Below the pieces are notes generated by a model that searched no databases, was not told where the DNA came from, and saw nothing but the letters and a program-made list of their open reading frames with translations. The translations under genes were made by a program, and so were the position numbers. Positions 55,067 to 64,000 of a stretch of DNA of 64,000 bases are shown piece by piece. The DNA is from Epiperipatus broadwayi (Eukaryota > Animalia > Onychophora): NCBI GenBank assembly GCA_028023455.1, contig JAQFVV010000002.1:30256001-30320000 (forward strand), given 5' to 3'. The stretch's first letter is position 1, and every line of letters starts with the position of its first letter.

Positions 55067-55608
55067 ATACTGAGAAAATGGCGATATGCAAAAAAAACAT
55101 GCAAATTATTTAGATAGTCTAGCGTTTGGAAATGTCAAAGCAGGCATGGTGTCTATTGATAGAGTTATTGTTACCAGTAATCAGCTTATCAATAATTCCA
55201 AAGACAAAATCGACCCCTCTCAGACCCCCACTCCCCATGTCGTTTATAGCATCTCATGCCCTCAAACTGGATGCCGTGCCATTTATTATGGTGAGACCAA
55301 AGCCGGCATAACCAGCAGGACCGCTCAACATAGATACACTTACAATAGAGCAAAAAAAAATAATGACAATTCATCAACATTTTTGGAACACTCTACCGGC
55401 CATATATTCGAAACCTCTAACCCCAAGATAGTTTGCATTGAGAAAAATGACATCAAACGAAAATTAGGGAGGTGTACTTAATTCCTGGTAACAATAACTC
55501 TATCAAGATGCAATGCCTGCTTCGACATCTCCAAACGCTGGACTAACTAAATAATTTGCATGTATTTTGCATATCGCCATTATCTCCCCATTCTGCACTG
55601 CTCAGTAT

Positions 55609-55649
55609 TGCTATGAATATGAGGCAACCCGCCTCAAAAGCGCTAAGCG
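55609..55649 (+). ncRNA. Variant hammerhead motif (A3-U8), G12 mutated
   Basis: TGCT ATGAATA T GAGGC-AACCC-GCCTC AAAA GCGC TA AGCG, ~60 nt after the PLE ORF stop. Confidence 0.65.
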
Positions 55650-56851
55650 TTTAATATTTTTGCACTCTTTATAGCTTCTCTTTCAAGCGCTTCACACGCT
55701 TTTAATTTTATTTATTATATGTATTTAATAATCAATAAATTTTACAATCCTTGTGTTTAGATTGTAATTATATAGAAGTTAATGACCCCTCTTCACTAGT
55801 GCCGTTAAACAGTCATTTTCAAACTCAAATGCACTTAGATGAACCATTCTTAAGTGTTAGAAATGAGAGCGTGAATATATAAAGCATTCACTGTAAATCC
55901 ATTTCATTTTTTAATAACCTTATCATCTTGTGACTGGGGCAAGAATATCCTTGCAAGTTTAACATGACTATTTAATGGCACTAATGAAGAGGGACGATTA
56001 CCTTCTATATAATTATAATCTAAACCCTGCATTTGTAAAATGTATTTATTACATAATTTAACATCTAATATTGGTACTAAGTAAATTATAATATTTTATA
56101 AGTGTTAATAAGATTATTAAAAAGAAATGGATTTGAAGTGAACGATTTATATATTCACACTACTTCAAGACACTTAAGATTGACCTATATAAGTACATTT
56201 CAGGTTTGAAAATAAGACTGTCATTCTTATTTTCTCAAAGTCTATATCTTGTGGCTGGGGCGAGAGTATCCTTGCAGTTTTAACACCGCTGTTTACCGGC
56301 GCTAGTGAGGAGGGATGATTACCTTCTATATAATTACACATATTTATTGTAAAATGATAATTTGTAAAAAAAAAAAAAGATTATGGTTATGAAAAGTCAT
56401 TGTCAGGGTGTTTTAGAAAGTTCTAAGAAATTGAGTAGGAACTTAAATTATAAATTTACTGCAGTTAATTTTTCTTTTTCAAAAATATTTTATTATAATC
56501 ACTACATTTGTCGGCATATAGGATGTCCCCCCCCCCCTCAAAATATGACTAAAATTTGTGGCAGTAATCAAAATCACAAGTTGAAATATCAGTCAGTCTA
56601 AAACTTTTGGTTTATGTTAATATACGCGTATAAGTATTCTATAGCATTTTGTCCTTTAGTGAAACCAAAAAATATTTACAAATACACATGTATATAAACA
56701 TGCATGTTTGTTACATACAGCTACACAACATAGTCATACTAAACAGGCAAAACACTATATATATTTTGCCACACACATCAAGCTAGAGTAATCAATGGAT
56801 GCCAGAAGGCTTGTGCATAAAATCCCCATCTAGTGCCTACTCATCCAATAT

Positions 56852-56891
56852 CCCCAAACTAGTTTCTGGCTTATGGCCTTCATCAGTGAGG
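56852..56891 (-). ncRNA. Minimal hammerhead motif, family A
   Basis: Reverse strand: CCTCA CTGATGA A GGC-CATAA-GCC A GAAA CTAG TT TGGGG. Confidence 0.75.
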
Positions 56892-57214
56892 AGCCTTGGA
56901 TCTGAGAGCACTGCACATAGATCTTAGGATCTAACGCAACCCTCCAGCAGCCACCTTTTATCTCCATTTAACTACAAAACTACGAGTCTTAAATTGAAAA
57001 CACCATAATGTTTTCAATCCAAGCCCATTAACTTATATAGTCATAAGAGTCTGAACCCAGTTCAGTACCCATACATTTTGGACTTGGATTGAAAACATTA
57101 AGGTGTTTTCAGTTTAAGACTCATAGTTTTGTAGTTAAATGGAGAGAAAAGATTGTTGTTGGAGGGTTGCATTAGATTCTAAGATCTAGGTGCAGTGCTC
57201 TCAAATCCAAGAAT

Positions 57215-57254
57215 CCTCACTGACGAAGGCCATAAGCCAGAAACTAGTCTAGGG
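57215..57254 (+). ncRNA. Minimal hammerhead motif, family A
   Basis: CCTCA CTGACGA A GGC-CATAA-GCC A GAAA CTAG TC TAGGG. Confidence 0.72.
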
Positions 57255-57641
57255 ATATTGGATGAGTAGACACTAGATGGGGATTTTATGCACAAGCCTT
57301 CTGGTATCCATTGATTACTCTAGCTTGCTGTGTGTGGCAATATATATAGTGAATTTTGCCTGTTTTAACAACAGTTATGCACAAGCATAAGAGGTGGTGC
57401 CATGTCATGTTTATAGTCATACTAATATATATATACTCTCATAATCATATCACTATCAGAGCAAAATATTCAAAATAACTTAATATTCTCATCATTTTAA
57501 AAAAATTATTTAAAATATAGCTTAATATACGAAAAAAAGTTCTCTAAAAATATAAATCTATTCACAAGGTTAAGAAAAAAGACAATCTTCAAAATATTTA
57601 GCTTTGGAGATGAATGTCTGGGTTTTGAGGGTGAAGATTAA

Positions 57642-57750
57642 AAGGTACGTAACTACAGTGTTCCCTAGTGACATTTTTTGTAGCTATAAATAACTGCAAA
57701 ATTAATACAAATGAAAATTCATGAAAGGGAACACTGTAGTTACGCACCTT
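57642..57750. mobile_element. 109-bp MITE with TTAA flanks (Kolobok-like)
   Basis: TIR AAGGT(A/G)CGTAACTACAGTGTTCCCT, TTAA on both sides, purine-purine termini. Confidence 0.75.
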
Positions 57751-58161
57751 TTAATTATTTTTAAAATGTGTATAAAAAGGTGCGTGTCTTATATGCCGCT
57801 GCTTCCTATATGCCAGCAAATACGGTATATACTATTTGCCAAAACATTGGCTGCCGTGGGATTAATAAGTTTGTAAGTAGTAAGAAAATTTATTTGCCTT
57901 CCAAAGTTGATTGAATATAAAAAATTAGGAGTACTGCTTAAATATAAAATAGTTGATTTATATATTAATAAAATCTTATAATTTGCAAAAAAATTACTTA
58001 ACAAAATTTCATCACTGCCTTATTTTGAAACATTGTTAACATATATAATTTTATATATTCCATTGTTACTAATTTTCATCTTTTCTGAGCCAACGTAATA
58101 TCTGGTAGAATGAAAATACACACAGAAAAGATAGTTTTTTAATAATATTTAACTTTATTAC

Positions 58162-58208
58162 TGCCTAGCGTGCTTTCAATATATTTTTATTGTATCATAT
58201 TCATGGCA
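58162..58208 (-). ncRNA. Variant minimal hammerhead motif (A3-U8 core)
   Basis: Reverse strand: TGCC ATGAATA T GATACA-ATAAAAA-TATATT GAAA GCACGC TA GGCA. Confidence 0.72.
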
Positions 58209-58426
58209 TATATATATATAGTGGTGTGATTAAGTAGTTATTTTTTAAATAACTGTGCATGTATTCAATTTTAATTTAAACATTTAAATAGACCATTTCT
58301 TTGAAATGGGTACATTTGTTTCTTTTTTGTTAATAGAAAAACAGTCATTCAAATTTAAATTAAAACTGAATACGGTAATAGTTAATTAAATGTTGATATA
58401 AAGAACTATTTAACCACACCACTACT

Positions 58427-58473
58427 TGCCATGAATATGATATAGTAAAAATATATGGAAAGCGTGCTAGGTA
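58427..58473 (+). ncRNA. Variant minimal hammerhead motif (A3-U8 core)
   Basis: TGCC ATGAATA T GATATA-GTAAAAA-TATATG GAAA GCGTGC TA GGTA. Confidence 0.68.
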
Positions 58474-58879
58474 GTAATAAAGCTAAATATTATTTTAAAA
58501 ACTACCTTTTCTGTATGTACTTTCATTTTACCAAATTTTATAGATTGCAGTTAACTTAATTGGGAGATGTTTGGGTTACTGTTCCAATATTTAGACTATA
58601 ATGTAACCTCTAATTAAGGTATGAGCAAACACTGTGATTATTATTTATAAACCATTTTTCTAAATGAGTTACTTTTTAAACCTTTAATATTTTAAAATAC
58701 AGTAAAAATAACCTACATGTACTTAATAATGTGAAAATTAAATATTATTGTCATCTGAATTCTAGGATTTCAAACTACTTCTTGGGTCCCATTTAGATTA
58801 GTTAATTGAAATTCTATAGTTTATTTAACTCTTCTTAATATATCATATTTACATGTTCCTATTCGATTTTCTCTTCACC

Positions 58880-59650
58880 CATTGTCTGGTCTTAGTAGAA
58901 ATTTTACTAATCAATTGCTGCTATTTTGTATCAGCTATCTTTGTTACAGTTTTAATAGTGTATCAATTATTTGCCTACTGATTTTGCTCAAATTTGCCTC
59001 CTGCTCCAAATGAGTTAATATTTGAAAACGATTTGCAAGTTCTAATTTAAATTCACTGCAGCGGCTACTGTTTTTTTTAAATAATTTTTCTCTCTCTCGT
59101 TTTGCATTGACACGTATCTTACATAATAACTGATGATCATTTCCAGTGTTGAATTTATTAAGAACATTACATTCTTGAAATATATCCATATAAAAATCCT
59201 CTACTTCTTCATCAGAATAAGAAGGGATATAATCTTAAATTATCTACATTTGGCATTTCTCATTAATTTGAATAACCAATCTTACCACTCTGACATCAAT
59301 CTCCATAATGTTGTTATTCCATTTTATATATATAATGAATCCAAATTCATTTATGCTTCCAATATTTGTGCCTTTACAATAAACTACGTGTCCATTTTTT
59401 AAATCAATTGTCTTGTCACTTCACAAAGTCCATCAATATCCTATTTAATAATAGACAATTATTGCCTCAATTCATGCAATCTTCGTTCATTTGAAAGCGA
59501 TCTACAGTTGAAAGTAAATAAAAAATCAAACAGCATCCTGTGTCTGAACTCAAGAGGATTCTCTTAGCATCCTCAGCCTTTGGCCACCAAATGTTATGGT
59601 GGCTGGTGACTTGACAGCCTCCTAGGAATAAGGGGCAGCGTTTAGTCTGT
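58880..59650 (-). mobile_element. RTE-like LINE 5'/endonuclease fragment
   Basis: VLNKFNTGNDHQLLCKIRV..FKLELANRFQIL matches the end of the RTE APE domain. Confidence 0.75.
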
Positions 59651-61524
59651 CATGATTGTAAATATCTATTTTAAAGAAATTTATTCGCAAACATATTCAT
59701 TCTGCATTCAAGAAAACTAAACGGATATTTCAATTAAGAATTATCAAGCAACTGAGAAGAAGAACCATGGCGTTTCTTTATCTTAAACTCAGAAATAAAA
59801 AGCCAATAAATTCATCACACTGGCTAATGTGTGCTAGTGATCAGCCCATCCATGTTCATATACTTTATGAATAATCACATAATAATAAATAGATGCAACA
59901 ATAAGAATGTATAGAGTGAACATTAGGAATTTGCCCTGCTTAGTTCTTCTACAATCTCTAAGAGGAATCAAAGGGTCTCCCTTTCAGTTAATAGGAAACT
60001 CTTTTCTGCAGCCATAATTTTATAATATATAAATTACAACTGTTGTAATTTGAAATGAGCAAATCTATAGATAAATGTTGTATAATCGATTCCTTATTGA
60101 CAAAAATGTCTGAACCTCTGAATTTTATGGATTAATAAACAATAATAAAGGCAGGAAGACTAAAATTAGACATGACAAATTTAAATACAAAAATCAATAA
60201 CTGTCGTCTTCATTTCAATAGTATCATTTATTTATTACTTAGCATATAGTGTCAGCACATTAAAATTCAACATCAATAGTTCTTAACCAATCAAAAATCG
60301 ACTCCTCCAAGCTACATGAAGCAAACAGGCCAACAAGGGCCTGTTAAATTGGACGCTCCCTGTAAATATGCAACAGTTTGTAGTCTTCCATACTCACAGT
60401 TTGAAGTCTATAAATCCCCACATATGCAAGATATAACAACATCTACCCTGATTTGTTCTGACTCTATTGATATTCAACCAGAGTTTTCTTGGAAGAGAGA
60501 AATCAGATACTCAGAGAGGAAGGTCAGCTACACTGGAGTCACTCCAGTCATGTGACCCCATTCTGCTGATATCGAATGTGGATCAGTGCTGAGAATTATC
60601 AGTAAGCCAAAAAAATTGCCTTAATTTTAGACGGATCTTTGGGGAACTCTTCAGAATAAGATTAATATTATCTACTATGACAATACAATACCTTGTGGTT
60701 AACATGTAAAGAAAAATACAAATTTTGTTGGCTATGTCTTCTTTTTTTCTAATGAGAGAAAATGATGGAATTCAGCTGATTTTAATAATTTGTTTAGTGT
60801 CTCAAAAGAGACATGAAGCATTGTTAAATGATCTAAAAGTGATGATTTAGTTGAAAATAGCTGATTTTGTTTCACAATGAAAAACTGAATTGCTTTCTCA
60901 TTCTCTAATAACAATAACATAGTTAGAACATAAATATTTTGACAATCAAGCATCTAATATACTAAAAACTGATTAAATGCTCGAATAAGAGGCCAAGAAA
61001 GAACGACCACCTGTCCTGAGGAGTCTGCCATATCACAAACAATAATATGCTAAACTGATTTTCATTCGCTTGATAAAATAAGAAATTCATTGCCAGTACA
61101 AATGCTATACTGCTAGTGATACGATTATATTATTAGATTATGCATAGTATCAAGATAACTCTAACAATTACAATCGAAGCTACTTAGTCTTAATGTTTTA
61201 TATTAGGCAGATAATTGACATTTGATTAATCTAACTAGATCTCTATCCAAAAGTCAAATTACTAAATGCAGTCTGACAGAATTTTATATTTACTTCATAT
61301 CCTATGTGGAAAGATAAATAAAGAGAAACCTTAAATGTGTGTATCTAAGTTGGTACTGTGGGCAATATCAAGAACCATCAATCAAAAAAACAAATTAGGT
61401 CTTATGAAGTTACGTGAGCTTTTTTAAGACAAGACGTTTGTCATAAAAGGTAATAACATTTTCTTTATTTCTAAACATATGCATGTAGTTTACTTCTATT
61501 AGCAGATACAATAAGTAAATAAAA

Positions 61525-61950
61525 TAGCTCTAACAAACTTTATTGATAAATGCCCCGAGAGAAAGCATTTAAAATCTGTATCTAAAAAAATATCCCCATT
61601 CCCAAACCGATTTCATGCTTTTGGATATCCTCAGTGAGGCGGTAAGCATTTAAAATCTCTATCTAGAAATATATCCCCATTCCCAAACTGGTATAGCTTG
61701 AAACCGGTTTAGGGATGGGGATCTATTTCTAGATAGTGATTTTAAATGCTTAACGCCTCACTGAGGATAGCCAATAGCTTGAAACCGGTTTGGGGATGGG
61801 AATATATTTCTAGATAGATTTTAAATGCTTAATGCCTCACTGAGGATAATCAATAGCTTGAAACCAGTTTGGGGATGGGGGTACATTTCTACATAGAGAT
61901 TTTAAATGCTTTCTCTCTCAGCATTTATCAATAAAGCATGTTAGAACTAT
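61525..61950. mobile_element. Family C-related inverted array of ~80-nt HHR units
   Basis: Two minus-sense and about three plus-sense units around a centre near 61690; periods 79-81 nt. Confidence 0.85.
61756..61795 (+). ncRNA. Minimal hammerhead motif in the ~80-nt tandem unit
   Basis: CCTCA CTGAGGA T AGC-CAATA-GCT T GAAA CCGG TT TGGGG; next copy at 61835-61874. Confidence 0.72.
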
Positions 61951-62676
61951 TAGCAAGTTCATTATTTTATTTATCAGATGCAATAAGGCAGAACATATCA
62001 TTTATAATCAAAAGAAACCTTATAGAACTTTAGCTAGAAAATTACTGAGAAATTTTGATGCATTTTAATAGCTAGACTGAGATTTTTTTCATGTTTCCTC
62101 AGTTTAGAATTAATCAAGAAGGCTTTACTTATCACCAAACTACTTTTAACACTCAGTCAATTACTCATTTAGATAATAATAGCTACAGGATAAAAGTCTA
62201 ACGTTGATTAGTGATTTATTCCTGTAAAATGATATGAACTTACATAATTAGTAGGAAAATCTCTTATTCTTATAGAGCTGAGGCCACATTTAAATCGTAA
62301 AAAAAAAAAAGAACCGAACTCTAACAATAGTTTAACTATGAATGACCTTCGACTTTAAAATTTTCCCATACTAGTACTCAGATGTTAAAAAATAAATCTA
62401 GAAATATTAGTAAACAATACTGTATTCCTTATATACATACGCAGAGAAAAAATCATATAGCTTTATTGCTCTGGATTTCATAAAAAATTTGAGCACTGAA
62501 TATGATACAGCTGAGCTGCAATGCATGGGCGTTGAGCTCCAGTATTTGCCACTATCACAACATCAAATTATGCAAGGAAGAAAAAAAATTGTATTTGCAT
62601 GGTTTACAAATATTCACTTCAAAAATGTATTGGAGCACAATAATTATCAGATGTAAAGTACTATGTATAATTTTAC

Positions 62677-62755
62677 CTGAGTTGCAACATTTAATAATGC
62701 TAACCTCCCTGTATCATTACAAGTGAAAGACATGATTGCATGGTCTTCTTGAATT
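62677..62755 (-). CDS. WDR26: WDR26 exon (IQEDHAIMSFTCNDTGRLALLNVATQ)
   Basis: ttctatag/gtaaaa borders, 79 nt, phase 2-0; matches QEDHPIMSFT..GRLALLNVATQ. Confidence 0.96.
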
Positions 62756-62989
62756 CTATAGAAAAAAGAAAGAAAATAAAAAAGTACAACGTAAACATTT
62801 TTATGTTACCATAAAATAAGAACAAAATCTTACATATTAAAAAATTCATCAAAATTAATTGCTACATATTTATTCTTCTTGCACCCCTTTCTTGTAATAA
62901 ACCAATATAAAAATAACATTAATATATTGTTTCATAAGTTGTTTTCATTGTAATTTGATAAAAATTCCGTATTCAAATTTCATACTTAC

Positions 62990-63135
62990 AAATTATGATC
63001 TGTTAACTCATCAAAATTATAAGCCCTAATCCTGTGGTGAGTGTCCGATGCCAGCACAGTTTTGCCATCCTTTTTACATAAGAGGCACTGGACGCGAACC
63101 CCCTCCCAAGAGTCTAAAACATTCCCATCAAGATC
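62990..63135 (-). CDS. WDR26: WDR26 exon ([48 protein letters not shown])
   Basis: ttttag/gtaagt borders, 146 nt; closely matches the WD40 segment of WDR26 as recalled. Confidence 0.96.
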
Positions 63136-64000
63136 CTAAAAAGATAAACCAAACAAAAAATTATTACAATAAATAATGCCATAACAATATATTTAAATTT
63201 ACAAACTATTGACATTATTTTAATAATATAAATAAAAATTTTAATGTATGTTTCGCATAGAAATATTTAATGTGTGGAGTTATCTAATTATAATTACTTA
63301 ATTAGAAAGCACTTTAACTAGAACAGTAGCTAATGAAAGTCAATTGCAAAGTAAAACTGTCAGACGAATTGCATTCAGAAGGAGGACACATTTAATAAGT
63401 CAAAAGTAATAACAGTTATACACATTTGTAAAGATCTTGATGTTTTTTAAAAAGAGAAATGCATTAGCTAAACAAATAAAAAGAATAGCTTGAATAACCA
63501 CTAGACACCAGACGGCATAGTGCTATAAAATCCTTACGCCCAGACTAGTTTCTGGTTTTGGTTCCATCAGTGAGAAATTAAGATTTAAAGTTAAAATAAT
63601 GCATCTATGGATTTAGCGATCATGTTTTACTTTTCATACTATCTAGCCCAAAACCTGAATTTCAAAATAAAAATAATGTTTTGAGCTCAAGAAAACTCAC
63701 TTGCATAGTTATATTGAATTGACAAAAATTCACTTTCTCATAATAACTAGCTCTAGGATCAGATGAAGAAAATTACTTTTAGAGGGATATGAAAAGGCTG
63801 TGACACATATTATTATTACTAACTTTCCTGGATGAAAAGCAGAAGGGGCCTGCAGTTGGCATAAAACAAGTTTCTAAATATATACTAACTGACATGATAT
63901 CAAATCAAGACAATGATGCAAATGATTGGCTTCAATTTTCACTTTAAAAGTTGTTTTTTTTTTTTAATTTGTAGCTGCAAGATCAAATATCAGCTTTAAA

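Larger units (their letters stand above)
54956..55718 (+). mobile_element. Penelope-like element 3' end (GIY-YIG endonuclease remnant) with inverted 5' arm
   Basis: VVYSISCPQTGCRAIYYGETK..SRTAQHR..IVCIEKNDIKRKL, frameshifted tail ending ..FDISKRWTN* at 55550; 54956-55177 is the inverse of 55485-55718. Confidence 0.9.
56740..57410. mobile_element. Family A near-perfect palindromic insertion (two ~330-nt arms, one HHR each)
   Basis: 56740-57077 is mirrored by 57078-57410. Confidence 0.9.
56500..57827. mobile_element. pogo/Tigger-like MITE shell with nested insertions
   Basis: ctacatttgtcggcatatagga is an imperfect inverse of tcctatatgccagcaaatacggta. Confidence 0.45.

Noticed and set aside
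55086-55177. N-terminus of ORF 55086-55481 as real protein
   Set aside because: It is the antisense read of the inverted arm; homology starts near 55180.
60290-61040. Nested gene in the WDR26 intron
   Set aside because: Short ORFs on both strands with no recognisable homology; more likely a decayed element.
61525-61950. CRISPR-like array
   Set aside because: Whole ~80-nt units repeat with no unique spacers; eukaryotic context; explained by HHR tandem.
1-64000. Most short ORFs in the supplied track
   Set aside because: Low-complexity AT-rich frames, or antisense/frameshifted pieces of transposons; the real genes are spliced exons mostly missed by the track.

Overview
AT-rich eukaryotic DNA, inferred to be from an invertebrate, probably an arthropod. 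It holds the 3' halves of two convergent, intron-rich genes: kanadaptin/SLC4A1AP on + (exons to the stop at 17937) and WDR26 on - (four exons, 63135 to 51035; last exon unresolved). Introns and intergenic DNA are packed with decayed transposons: RTE and other LINEs, a Gypsy remnant, mariner, hAT, Kolobok-like and pogo-like MITEs, and Penelope-like (PLE) GIY-YIG/RT fragments. The dominant unexplained structure is a dense set of hammerhead-ribozyme (HHR) motifs, about 25-30 intact or decayed, in at least six sequence classes. These are two non-coding tandem units of ~430-455 nt (retrozyme-like), an ~80-nt tandem unit, a canonical minimal HHR class at 2.8-3.1 kb, a tRNA-headed SINE with an HHR-like tail, and a covariation-supported variant whose core reads AUGA(A/U)UA (A3-U8) instead of CUGANGA (C3-G8). 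Many of these insertions are head-to-head inverted pairs with 3' ends pointing outward. All calls were made by eye with no alignments or folding, so repeat borders are approximate and ribozyme activity is untested.
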